Notes under the pieces: model-generated
What the model was told of the DNA's origin: nothing
Databases searched by the model: none
The model's input: only the letters and a program-made list of their open reading frames with translations
Assembly (NCBI RefSeq): GCF_001194135.2
Contig: NC_068981.1
Location: 52,679,225 to 52,743,224, forward strand
Direction of reading: 5' to 3'
DNA: 64,000 nucleotides
DNA from: Octopus bimaculoides
Lineage: Eukaryota
Made by a program: the position numbers and the translations under genes
Part shown: in pieces, positions 50,319-63,340 of the stretch
Layout: every line of letters starts with the position of its first letter
Position numbering within the stretch: position 1 is the stretch's first letter

Positions 50319-52439
50319 TTTATGACAAAGATATTTTACTAAATTCATTATTTTCAAACTTAATTGAAGCAATGACAGTATATCTTAACAGAAATATAGG
50401 AACAAAAGGAGATGTTGGATAATATAGTCTTAGGTTTTCTGCACAATGGAAGAGACAGAATAGTCATGGCTGGAATATCTGTGATCACAAGTTTGCTTGA
50501 TCAAAGTTGACCTGGGATTGAACAATGACAGCCATTATCAAAGGTTTGGTCTAAGATAGTCAGTCTCTCAGTAGAGAAATTAATCAGTAGGCTTTTAGGG
50601 TCATATTCAACCAAATGTCTTAGTTGATGCATACAACAACTATCTTCTGATAGATAAAAGCAGAGAAGGAGAGAGAGAGGGAGGGAGAGGGAAGGATAGA
50701 GGAGAAGAGAGAGAGAGAGAAAGAGAGAAGAGCCAAAGGAGGGAGAAAAAAAGAAAGAGAAATTGCCAAAAAACACCAACGAAGCCTAAAACAATTTATC
50801 ATGCCAACATGAATTGGAGAGAGACTTATTTGAGGCAGTATTTTAGAGTTGGATGCCCTTCCTGTCAGCATCAAATATCTGTTTTTCTTCATTCAACTAT
50901 AAAGTAGTTAATGACAGCTGAAAAATAAATTTCCTGATACAAAGCAAAAAAAAACAGAAGGAACAAATAGAAATGTGGACTTTGCAAGTCTCAGACCAGG
51001 TACCTGATTTAATGAGCAGTCATCTTCAATAAAAAATGATAGAAGACGAAGAGACTCTTCTATCATCTTGTCCATATATTTTACACATTGGATTCAGAAA
51101 ATACTTCAGCTTCAAACAGATGTTAACTCTCTGCAAAAGTCAGGTGAAACAATGGAATACTGCGTTCACACCTGAGACACTAATGTTATCACACATACAT
51201 TTAAGGCTGCATTCAAAAAAACTAAAAAGAAAAAAGGCCATGCCATCACTCATCAATATGCTTCAACTTCTGCATAGATGCACAGTTCTCTTAACTTTGC
51301 CTTTACCACTTTTATTACAATGGCCTGCACAATACTTCCACCCAAGACAAAACTGTAAACTCAGCTCTTCACCAGTTGTCGACTATAGAGCCTTACCACC
51401 AGGCCTTGCATTAATCATTTTATCCAGTCTTTTCTGTCTGAAGCATTATTTCTTGGAATTCACTTCCAGCTCATGATTTCCTGCATTGTTGGTGTTGAAG
51501 ATGAATACCAAAATCATCAATCTCATCAGTCTCAAAAGGCTTGCAAAGATCAGGAGCACAGACCCATACCTGACTAAACAACTTAGAGAAGAAATAGAAA
51601 AGATATGTTCAAAATCATTTAATACATCAAAGCGACATTTTATTTATTAACAGGTATAAAGAGTAAATCAGACAATGTCACTATAGTATGTGACACGTAA
51701 TATGCACAGATCTACAGCTGACAAGTCTTCATTTCATGAGCAAACATTTGTTGTAAAGATTTTCTTGCCATCATATATCTATCATTTATGTATGAAGTAA
51801 ACATTCTATTGCAAAAAAGAATTTGCCTTGGAAGAATAAAAAATGTTAAGCTTGAGATGGAACTAAATACTCTTATTCTATCTAGTATGCTCTAGTTACC
51901 TTTTGATTACATGAATATCAAATACCATTGTTACCACATTTCTTTTGAAATACACTGCCTTTGTTCCAATTTATTTGGAAAATTATGAAGAATTTAGTCA
52001 ATTACTCATTATTACTAAGCTGATGGTTTGAACATAAACAAAATTTTAATTGAAGGTTTAAATTAAATCACTTTAAAATGAAGTTTGAATCATAATCATA
52101 GGAGCTTAAAAGGTTAAGAAATCAACAGCAGAGATCTATCATGTTGATGCCATTCAACTGCTAAAGATTAATAATGCTTGAGGCCTAAGCTATTTATTTT
52201 AAACTTATAAACTGTATATGCCCAAATTAAAGGAAGTCATCCCACCCATTTAAATACTCAAGCAAAATAAAAATGGAACATTTTATTCTCAACTTCCACG
52301 AGTCTCCAAAATTATTACCTTTTCATTAAGAAACTAGCTTTTATATGGCAAATTGAATTACAAATTAGATGACATTGTACATTCTCTTTTTGTCTATTAA
52401 CATTTTCCTCAGCTTGATATAATAGACGATAAATAAGAC

Positions 52440-52652
52440 TGATTTCAAATTTTGGAATAAGGCCAGCAATTTTGTGGAAGGGGTGAGTTAATTAGATGAC
52501 CCCAGTTTTCAACTGGTACTTATTTATTGATCCTAAAAGGATGAAGAACAAAGCTGACCTTGACGGAATTTGAACTCAGAATGTGAAGACAGATGAACTG
52601 TCACTAAGCATTTTGCATGGCATTGCTAATGATTGAGTCAGCTTGCCACCTT
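52440..52652 (-). mobile_element. SINE family A
   Basis: Reverse-complement match. Further partial copies lie at about 7235-7392, 8243-8325 and 40620-40715. Confidence 0.85.
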
Positions 52653-53029
52653 AGACTATAAACAATATTAATGATGATGTATCTTAAGACAGCATTTGCA
52701 TGTATTTAGCCTAACTTTTTGTTTATTTTCACAACTGCAAATCTGATAAATAGAAGTATTATGATTGTCCTTTTCCAGTTATTGATACACAGTAGATGAG
52801 CAATATAAAGTGAATAGATAAAATTTAGACGTTAAGTTTTTACATTTGAAACTTAGGAAAGTTGATTTTTTTTTTGATTTTTAAACTTCAGAATAATGCG
52901 TGAAAAATATGACAGGAAGGAAAAAGATGAGTAACATATACTAAAGATTCATATTCATTTCTTCATAATACTTTCACATTAAGCTTTTACTTTTGAAGAC
53001 TGAATCACTATAAATCAGAAACACTCATT

Positions 53030-53402
53030 TATGTTTTACTTGTTTCAGTCATTTGACTGCAGCCAGGCTGGGGCACCACCTTTAAGGGTTTTTAGCCAAA
53101 CAAATCAACTCCAGGACTTACTTTTTTAAAGATTGTTACTTATTCTATCAGTCTCTTTTGCTGAACCACTAAGTTATGGGGACATAAACACACCAACACC
53201 GGTTGTCAAGCGGGTGGGGAACAAACACATAAGTATATATATATATATCTCTTTCAGTTTCCAGCTACCAAATCCACTCACAAGGCTTTGGTTGACCCAA
53301 GGCTATTGTAGGAGACACTTACCCAAGGTGTCATGCAGTGCAACTGAGTCTAGAACCATGTAGTTGGGAAGCAGGCTTCTTACCACACAGCCATGCCTGC
53401 AC
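53030..53402 (-). mobile_element. SINE family B
   Basis: Reverse-complement match to 19528-19918. Confidence 0.85.
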
Positions 53403-53479
53403 CTACTTACATTGGTATGTCTCCTCATCCTTTGGATTAATAACTTTGTATCAGATTATACTATTTCAGGGATGTTGAT

Positions 53480-53760
53480 AGCATTTGCTTTCTATTCCAC
53501 ACCATAAACTCCTTTCTATACACTAATGACCTACCTGCTGTCATGTCCAACAATGCCTACTCATATGCAGATGATACTTTAATTCATTCTTCCTTAATCT
53601 TCCCCAACCAAATGTCATCCCTGTTACACTTATACTGAATCCATGGAGAAAGATCTTGAAAATGTTATCTCCAATGGGGTCACATAAATCTTAACTTAAT
53701 CAACAGAAAAAAAAAGCACAACTTATATTATTTTCGCTTCTCTCATCCATGCTGTATGTG
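53480..53760 (+). mobile_element. CR1/L2-like LINE reverse transcriptase fragment
   Basis: FLYTNDLPAVMSNNAYSYADDTLIHSS, with YADD at 53564-53575. Confidence 0.7.
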
Positions 53761-55094
53761 TCTAACCTTCAAGCTCTGCACAAACCACGATACCCAGCCC
53801 TTCATTCCCAGAACAACAACCCTCTAGAACCTCCTTACCCATGTCTTTCCTGTAGGTGTTGATTTGCAATGGTTAAGGGGAATATTAAAAGTCAAGTAGT
53901 TCATAGTGACTCAACAAAAGCATGAATCTGATTTGGAAGTATTATCAAGAAATGAACATGTATTTATCAAAATATTCTTATGGTTTAAAGCAGAAGTGAT
54001 GTCCAAATTAGTTATTTAGCCTAAGCCAGCTCTCACTGATCATACCTATGAACACTTCAACTTTTTTTTTTATATATCTAGTACTACAATGTCCAATGTA
54101 TCCTTTCTGTAGGATTAATCCGAGTGATTTGGCTGCAATTTCTAGTTAGCCAAAAGACCACAGACAGCCTCTCCACCCCACTGGCTTGCAGCCAAGTTAG
54201 TTTGCGTGACTGCTTTGTTCAATTTACGGGCTTGATACCTAACTGTTCTGATTTCAGATTCCGCAGGAGGGAGTTTAATTGCCTACAAAAACTGGTCTTG
54301 CATGTAATCTATAAAATTCTGTTACAGTCTACGTATGTAAGGGTTTAACAATAGAATGGAATTGAAGATATAATCTATTATACACACAATGTTTATATTA
54401 TTCATAAGACAACGAACTGATGCTTTAAACTGATATTTTCAGAATTCACAGCTCAGTAGGGTTGCTATTGTATTTTGTTCACTGGAACTATGGGGTTCAA
54501 GTTCAGCCACCTGTATCTTTCTCTGATGTGAAACCAAGAACATTGTAGAGCATTTTATAATTTGCTAAAACATTAACATACTACAGCAAGATAATTATAA
54601 AGGCTTTGATTTTGTTCTATAGTTATGATGGTTTAGTTCTTGATGAAGAAATAAAATTTCTCAAGGTAGAAGAGGTGATAAGTATATAAGAAAAAATACA
54701 GTTTTTTAAAGATAATTTTCAAAGAGTGCACTTCAATTGCACTAATGTGGACTTTATACAATCTCAAGAAGCAAAAGTTTCAGAACAAAATAAACACAAC
54801 TTCAAGAGAAATTATCAATATTTCATGGTTCTCTATAAACTTCCAATATCCTTATAGTTTTTTAAATAACTTTGGAATTTCCACATGCACATCTAGTCAA
54901 AACAAATCATTATTAACTGCTAATTGCGTCTGGAAAAAAACATGCTTTGCAGCATTTCTTTCAAGCATTTTGTCTAGTGAGTTTAATTCCTGCTCAGGTC
55001 AAGGAGCTTCTTCTTAGAATGGCTGGTCTTGTGCATAAATTAAAAACATAATTGATTTGTGTAGCTCTAATCAGGAAAATATAATGATTTAAGG

Positions 55095-55239
55095 CAGTGG
55101 TTCTCAGCCTGGGGTCCATGAACTAAATTCAAAATTTCATATATAAATATACATAAGGATAGGCATATTTAAAGGGGTCTGTGGGAAAACTCATTTAAAT
55201 AAAAGAGTTGGGAACCATTGAAAAGGTTGGGAACCACTA
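55095..55239. mobile_element. Short derivative of the same hAT MITE
   Basis: Shares gaactaaattc, cataaggata and aaaggggtctgtgg..aactcatttaaataaaag with 10484-11020. Degenerate TIRs; TSD atttaagg/atctaagg. Confidence 0.8.
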
Positions 55240-56842
55240 ATCTAAGGCTTTCCAATCACAACCATCATGTCTTTTGGTACACTGGGAACTACACTGTCAA
55301 TTCTAAAATTTTTAGAATGGCATTGTAGTGTGGGTATTAAAAGCCAAATCAGGCTGATTTGAATATAGAACATGTAGAAAATATGAGGCAAGATACAGCC
55401 AGTTTAAATGTATTTTTATATTAGGTTTAGCATAAGGTAACTTATTCAAGAAGTATCCTATGACTGGATGCTCTTCTAGCCAAAGAGCTTGTACAACCCT
55501 AATATGTTTTTCAGGTAAGGTATTTTTATTTAACTGGTTTTCGCGCAGAACTGCTGAGCAAGATGTAAACAAATGCAGTCAACCAAATAGTGTAAATGTG
55601 AAAACATGTAGAAATACACAAATAGGATGGGCTTTTATACAGTACAGTTTGGTAAAATTTGGTAGCTAGTTTCTGTCTACCAAATTTTATTGAAAAGTCA
55701 TAAGCCCAGGGTGTCAGTTTGTGAGATGGAATCCTAAACCATATGGTTGTGAAGCAAACTTGACAATCGTATTCCTGCCTGCACCTATAACAATATAAAT
55801 ATGAAGCACAGTAGCAGTGAAGTTATGATGTTCAGGAGTTCAAATCTTACTATAACCATAATGTGGAGTTGATTTACAAGAAAATTTTGATGCTGGCAAT
55901 TATTCCCAATTCAGAGCAGAAGTGCTTAGTGGCAGGAAAATCATCCAGAAGCAAGGATATTAATTCCAACAGTAAGCCAACGCCCAAGTTTCCACAAGCA
56001 ATGCCATCGTCCTATATATTTGTATTTAAAAAAAATGGATGTCAAAAGATTTTGGAAAATTTTCAAATGAACTTAGGAATACTGACTCATGTGATAAAAA
56101 ACAAAACAAAAAAACTATAAATATATAATGTTCTTCATTATTTTGTTTTATAGCCACTTTGCTATACAATAAACAGTTCATTTTTTTAATGATTCATGAA
56201 AATCAATTAGATATATCAGCAACTGGTGTATGGATGCTATTTCTTAATGTCAACCTTACAACCACAAAATATAAGATATTTTCAAGAGTATAATGCAATT
56301 TTAGTAGTAGTAGGTTTGACCTTTGGATTTATAGTAAACTAATTTTAATATATTATGTATTTGGTTATATTTTTTTATAAAAAAAAAAAAAACTGCTACT
56401 GTGTGATGTCTGCCACAAGTTTACAATAATTCATTCTAAAAATAAACTTTTGAAATAGGTGCTTTATCTACCAACAGAAATGTTATATCAGAGTAAATAA
56501 ATGTAAGTTGATATGTTCAGTTTCCATACAAACATAATACACACACACACACATACATACATAAAATGGATCTCAGTTAGAATTCCGGACCATGATTTTG
56601 GAACATATCAAGTCAATTCACAAGGAGAAATCATCAGTGTGACAAAAAGTTGGACCTTTGAATTATATACAATCTATTCTATAGGCTTCTATATAATTCC
56701 TCTCTATTGATTTTCAGTCATTAAGCAGTAGAAAATGACATGTTCAAGACACCACACAGTGGGTTGAAACAAAAGGGTTTTGTGATTCCATTGGAAATTT
56801 CTTAACTATTTAGCCATATTGTGTCTACTCACAATTACTCTT

Positions 56843-56900
<58 letters not shown>

Positions 56901-56919
56901 CACACACATATATAAATCA

Positions 56920-57210
56920 TCATCATTTAACGTCCTTTTCTCCAAGCTGGCATGGGTTGGATGATTTGACAGGAACTGAAGAGCCAGAAGACTGCACCAA
57001 GCTCCAATGTCTGCTTTAACAGGGTTTCTACAATTAGATGCCCCTTTTTTTTTTGCTAACCATTTAACAGAGTGTACAGGATGCTTTTTTCATGGCACAA
57101 GCACTAGTGAGGTCACCAAGTACTTGCAAGATAAACCCCCTCAACTGAGTGGATTGAAGAAGATCAAAGTATGATAAAGGGACAGGAACAGATGTCTTGC
57201 TAAAGAGGAG
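56920..57210 (-). mobile_element. RTE tail
   Basis: catcatttaacgtcc...catgggttggatg...tttctacaattagatgccc, i.e. the reverse-complement tail. Confidence 0.7.
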
Positions 57211-57367
57211 ATACATGGCTTACATCTAAGTATGCCAACTCATTGATACAACTAATTACTACCAGCCAATGAAAGAGCTGTTATATGGTTGCTTCAACTG
57301 CAGCAACCTCAAATCACCCTAAATTTTACAGGGGTAAAGGAAAGAAAAAATTTAGTTCATTACATCT

Positions 57368-57399
<32 letters not shown>

Positions 57400-58343
57400 T
57401 GATGGATGGTCATAACTGTAACCGATATGATCATAAACTGCAGGTTCCAGGCTGAAGCGAGGCTAAATCATTTATGAGTCACTACAATACATGAGTGTGG
57501 TTTGCTATTTGCCAAGTACTTATTGGAGCTGAACACCAAAATATAACATTTGGAAATTTTTGGTACATTACAAATTTCCTACTACTTCAGAATATGACAG
57601 TTTCATGATGTAAAATGTCAATTGAAATTTCATTTTTTAACATTACTGAACAATCATGCATTTCTCTACAATAACATGATTCATCCTGAAACATTATTTT
57701 GCAATATGAAACAATTTTTGCTTCTCTTTTTTTTTTGATGTCAAAAATAGTATTCTTCCTATCAAAGATGCCTTCATCTAGCATTTAACATAGCTTGAAA
57801 ATGCAATTTCCTTCCACCTATTATATTTCATTCTACTATGTTAATCATGTATTTTCTGTAGTTTTCTCTGACTTTATGGAACTGCTATTTTAATTCCTGC
57901 TTGCCTAAGCCTCAACATGATCTAAACAAGTGATAAGTGTCATAAGTTGTTGCTTATGAACATGAAATAACACTTCTTTATTTTTGGCACGCCTTTCAGT
58001 TTTATCATTATTATCAACACAAATGTAAATCAATTTTAATGAAGGTTTCATATATTAAGCTTCAAATTTTTGTTTGAAAAGACATATAAAACAGTTCAAA
58101 GATATAAGAGTTGCAACTTTCAAAAACTATTGTCAACCACTGCTGTAGAATTACTATATGTTCTCCAGTCTGACTATGAGTGGATACCATTAATACGACA
58201 CATTTAACATACCTGTGGATACAGAAGTGTTACACCCTTTCCAGTAGTGTAGTATCAGTCATTTATATACAAATTTTAATACAATCAACCAGTAAAATAA
58301 AAGATAACAACATATAGTCAAAGTAAAAAGGAAAACTGACATG

Positions 58344-58349
58344 TTTATT
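58344..58349 (-). promoter_or_regulatory. Probable polyadenylation signal AATAAA (3' UTR about 620 nt)
   Basis: Plus-strand tttatt at 58344-58349. On the minus strand it is followed by a U/GU-rich tract (gtcagttttcctttttactttgac...tgttgttatctttt). Confidence 0.5.
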
Positions 58350-58945
58350 TTACACATGTATGCAGGGTTAAACATGCAGGCAACTTTATACAAGGGCTGG
58401 TCATATATATGATGCTGGGAAGGATATGGCCTCTAGACAGTATTAAGACAGATTTCAGATCTACACCAAGGCATTACAAACATGGCGATTATTAACAATG
58501 TAGTCAACCTAGCATGTGCCTCAAATACTGAGACAATGCAGCTTTTATGAACACGATACTGCACAAAATGGACTGTACACATCCAATAGGAAAATAAAAT
58601 TTCACCGCGATTTGTGTTCACGCTAAATTTTCTACTACCTTCATTTTTTTTTTTTAAACTTAATGACTTATGTGGGTGAATGGTGGTTTGTTTTTGTTCT
58701 TTTACATTTCTTTCTTTTTATTATTTTTTATATATACTGCTTCCAGCAACAGATTTATGGCTGCCCAGAGAAAATGAGAGATGAAAACTTCAGGCAAATT
58801 TACAACTTACAAATAATGAATGATCAGATGACAGCATATATACAAGCCAAATGTGAGGATTTATGTACATTTCCACCGATTTCTTATCTAAGATGACTGA
58901 CTGATTTGTCAGCTGAACTATGTATAGCGAGTGAATAACAAAATC

Positions 58946-59604
58946 TTAGTAGTTCTGGGATTGGTTGTATTTGGACCGAGGGAAGTAAGTTTTGGGTGTA
59001 GATGATGATAATTGTGTTTGATTAATGGTGTAAGGTTGTTGTTGTTGTTGCTGTTGCTGTGGAGGAGGTGGTGGTGGTGGTGGTGGAAGAGGTTGTTGGG
59101 TTTGTGTTGTAGTGAAAGGCTGGGGAGGTGGATGATTAGAAGGGTTTCCAGTTGGAGCAGGAGGGGGTACATAGGGAGGTGCCACATGTTGTGGTGGAGG
59201 TGGATAGCTACCTCCATTTGGAGGTGGAGGTAAAATTGCTTGAGGAGGTGGAGGAGGTTGCCGTACATATGTTGTTCCATGTGGTGGAGGGGGTGGAGGT
59301 GGAGGCATCTGAAAGTTTGCAGTGCTCTGATTCTGAAGTACAAGCGATTGTCCTTGACAAGGAATTTGTCCGGTGTTTGGAGGAGGAGGGGGTGGAGGAG
59401 GATGTGTAAACTGTGACTGCTGAAGTGCTGGTCCTGGCAATTGAGGTGGCGGCGGTCCATAATTTGCTGTTGCTTGAGATACTGGCGGAGGAGGTCCAGG
59501 TGGATACTGTGGAGGTTGACTGGACACCGCTGGAACTGGAGCTGGATGGCTAAACTGAGTGGTCTGAGTTGATGATTGGAGGTGAGATGCACTAGATACA
59601 ACAC
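58946..59604 (-). CDS. Terminal coding exon of the same proline/glutamine-rich protein
   Basis: Acceptor ttttctttcattgtag at 59606-59605. A phase-1 join with the upstream exon gives YQ-G-VVSSASHLQ...SSQPPQYPPGPPPP, in frame with ORF 58946..59527. Stop is TAA at 58948-58946. Confidence 0.85.
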
Positions 59605-60740
59605 CTACAATGAAAGAAAAATAACAGTCAGTTTAAAAAAATATTAGAGAATGAGAGGGAGAGAATAAGAGAAAGAGAATGAGGGAGGGAAAAGAGATTA
59701 TTTTAATAAAAAAAAAAAAATTTACTTATGCTCAAATATTAACTTTAAGAGGTAGAAGTATTGATATTTTATACATGATTGACCAAACTATCCTTGGTTC
59801 AGTGATTCCTCATAGAAATGGCCATTAGTATGAGGGAATTTCTTTGCATGAAAGGAAAAAAACTAGTTTCATCTGAGAAATGATTTGATACTATCTACAA
59901 AAGGCTGTTAATAGCAATTTGATCACCTCAATCTTCAATCATAAAAGAATTTCTGGCAAAATTTATAAAGAGCTCAGAAACAGGGCCTAATTTTTGGGAT
60001 CAAAGTTCTGCACATTAGCATAAATGTATTGTGAAGGTTAAAGGATCTCAAATAGCATTTTTTTCTTAGAAAACAGAGACAAAATCTGAAAATGATACTT
60101 TTAAGTCAAATGTCTTTTAACCTGATATTAAACTGAGTTTTAAAAAAAGAAATGCTATGTAAAAAGGAAGTTATGTAAATAAAATACAAAAAATAAAAGG
60201 AAAATGCAGTATTAAAATTAATAGTGCACATGGAAAGAACTTAAAAGGTTCAAATTAAATAAGTTTCTACAGATGTTTACACACTAATCAATTAATTACA
60301 GGTATAAACACATATATCACAAAAATTTTGGCTTGGTAAAAGTAATGACATCAATTCCTTACAACTGAATTTTGAAAGTTCAATATAATTTAATTTACCA
60401 ACAACTAATATATTTTTTTCATTTTTAATAACATGACTTTACTTTTATTTCAGCAACAAAATATATTTTGCCTCTCTTCTATCTTGACATTGGGCAACAG
60501 TCCAAAATATTAATTTCTCTTCTTTCTGTGCTGTTTCTTCACCCTCCAAATTTGTTTGTGAGCTACTCTGGATATATAATATTTATAACATATAATATTT
60601 AAAAAACCCATTTGACATTTCCCTTTGCTTTTTTTTTATTAATATGTTTCACGAAATTTTTACTTTTTATTTGTAATTTCAGTTTGAAAATATAATTATC
60701 TACCTTAAAAAGTATTAAGTGACTACAAATAGCAACTTAC

Positions 60741-61307
60741 CTTGATAGGCATAATGTGTGTGATGTTGTGATATCTGGGGTAATGGTGGAGGAGGTTGCT
60801 GCTGAGGCTGCTGTTGTGGAGGTGGTGGCTGTTGAGGACCTGCCTGCACATTTGGAGGAGGTGGAGGAGGGCCAACTACACATGGAGGACGAGGTGATGT
60901 TATGAGGGGCATAGGAGGGGGAGGTGGTGGGGCTGCTGAGACCACTGGTCCAGGTGGAGGGACCTGTTGTGGAGGAGGAGGTGGGAGCTGATTCTGAGTT
61001 GGCAGTGGTGGTGGTGGTCCAGGTTGACCAGCTGGAGCTTGAAATCGCTGGTGATATGTCTGAATAGACATCAAAGAAGGTATTACTGGACTTTCAGAAA
61101 CAGCAACAGTAGATGGTGGTGGGGGAGGTGGTGGGAGTGGAGTACTTTGATTTGGTATCAGCAGTCGAGATTGATGAGGTGGTGGTGGTGGTGGTGGTAA
61201 AGGAGGTCTACCCGAGAGCATAGACCCTTGCAGTTGATTTTGTAAGGGAGGGTACTGTGTTAGTACAGAATGACTTGGAGCAACAGGCAATGGTTCTGCC
61301 AGCAATT
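60741..61307 (-). CDS. Internal coding exon (567 nt, phase 1-1) of a proline-rich protein
   Basis: Minus-strand acceptor ttccattttag at 61310-61308 and donor CAAG|gtaagt at 60740. The frame is open throughout (LAEPLPVAP...PPPP...HYAYQ). Pro codons are mixed CCA/CCT/CCC rather than a pure triplet repeat. Confidence 0.85.
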
Positions 61308-61875
61308 CTAAAATGGAAATTAAAAATTATTAATTACTAAATTATTTTTGGTAGGTTTCATACAAATACACTGCAATAAACAAATTTTCAGTCAGAGAAA
61401 TAACTGAAAAGAAGAAAGAAATTTTTAGAGAAAAATCTTTAACTCAAGCAATCAAAATTTATATTAGTTTTTTTTTAATCTCTAGTTTTTGTGGTAAGGA
61501 AATATTGATTTCTTGAATGCATACAAATGACCCTGTTGTCTCAGTATTTTTACCTGTTTGTTTATATATATTGCCCCAAAGTTCATAACAGTGGGATATC
61601 AACTGAAAATATACACAGATGAAACAGAATACTGAAATCCAAGAAAAATTAGTGAAATGCTTCACTGACTTTCTCAACTCACTGCTCAAAACTGATAAAG
61701 AAATATTGAAAATAAAACATTCAAAAAATCTATTAAAAATGCTGTTAAACATTTGATATTAAAAGAAAGCAAACAGTTGACAAAGTGAATAAAAACAAAC
61801 TTCAAAATTAAAACAAATACTTTTAACAGCAAGACAAGCTTTTACAAAATATAAGTTTGGTTGAGAAGACCATAG

Positions 61876-61907
<32 letters not shown>

Positions 61908-62999
61908 AAGAATATTCTCAATGTTCAGATTTCATACCACAAGAGTTGTTACCAAATATTCATGCTTTAAATAAATGGCTTGTTTAATAAAGCAAAATGT
62001 CCAGGGCATGCTTAGAAAGTGTGCGATGTATGCCTTACACCTATGTAATCTTATAAAGATCCCCAATGTAAATACATCTATATATTTGGCATGTAACTGT
62101 ATTTCAGTTCTTCTGATTTGAGGAAAGCCTCTGTATTGTAGATTATAGAAATAGTTAACATCAAGAATAACAAATTTAGCAACATTTTGGAGACTTGTAA
62201 TGTCACACTGACAGCTAGAGGTTTGGTAATGAGTGGAAAAAAAATTTCAGTCCAAAAGAGATACAAAACTATTAGAATAAGGGAAGATAAGGCAGAAGAA
62301 ATAGGCTAATGTTTCTTGGAATCTATTGCATCTTTAATTTTAGTTGAAATAGGTAAGAAGATACTTGCAAGTAAGCATAATTTTACTGTATACATTTCAT
62401 TTTATTTCACCTTTATTACAAGCCATGCTGTGGACAAAATAAAAATGTAAATGCCTTCTTTTTGATACTGGTGTATGGAAAAAAGCAAGAGGGATTCTAC
62501 TGATTTTCTCTAAGAGTGGCCAACATTATAAAACAGTTTGTCAAGAGACTCTTCTTTATTCCACACATCAATAGCATAGAAAGAATATATTTTCATTATT
62601 ATTTCACTCTCAGTGAGGCCTTGTAATATTTAAATGTATTTCAGTTCTTCTGATTTATGTTGTGCATAAAATATTGGCCTTCATCTAAACAAACAAGATT
62701 ATTTCGTGTTCAATAATGCTAACAACTACTATCATATAATAAATATAAGTTACCTATTTGAGATATCTGACATATTAAAAACAAATTTTTCAAGGCAACT
62801 GTTATATTCTACAGCCTTTCTCATAAGTGTACAAGAAAAAATTTATAAAACCTTCATTGAAAAAAAAAAAAGAAAAAAGATGCATACATTGCAGGAAAAA
62901 ATGACAATAACGCATCATGTAATGAAATGAAATGAAATGAATATGTGTTAAGACAGGCAATGAATTCTCACTGAATGCCATCAAGGTGTAAGTGTTCAT

Positions 63000-63340
63000 C
63001 AGTCATCAACATTTATACCTATTTCCCATGTCAGATGAGCTATCACAGATCAAGCCAGGGCCTATTTTTGGAGTTACTGTCCTCCCAGACTGGTTGGAAG
63101 ACAACTTGCATATAGCTTCTGTTTTTGGCATGGTTCCTATATGGGGATTTCTTAACACCAGTTGTTTTACAAAGTGCATTGGGTACCAACTACATTGTCT
63201 TCACTCAAATGCCAGCCACTTTATCGAGTGTACTGGGTACATTTTAATGTAGTAGCAACACGAGAGGTTGCCATGTTCTTTGTGAGACTAAAAAGTCCTC
63301 TCTATGCAATGTTCTTCTCAAGGCAAATGTGACCAAAAGT
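63000..63340 (-). mobile_element. RTE tail, decayed
   Basis: tttggcatggttcctatatggggatttcttaacacc...ccactttatcgagtgtactgggtacattttaatgt. Confidence 0.55.

Noticed and set aside
54150-54290. Minus-strand acceptor with a 46-codon open frame (AIKLPPAESEIRTV...)
   Set aside because: No recognisable homology or linked exon; the length is within chance expectation.
58918-59604. Alternative 228-aa His/Leu-rich frame and plus-strand ORFs 59012, 59152, 60967
   Set aside because: These are shadow frames of the Pro-rich exons; splice phase selects the 58946 frame.
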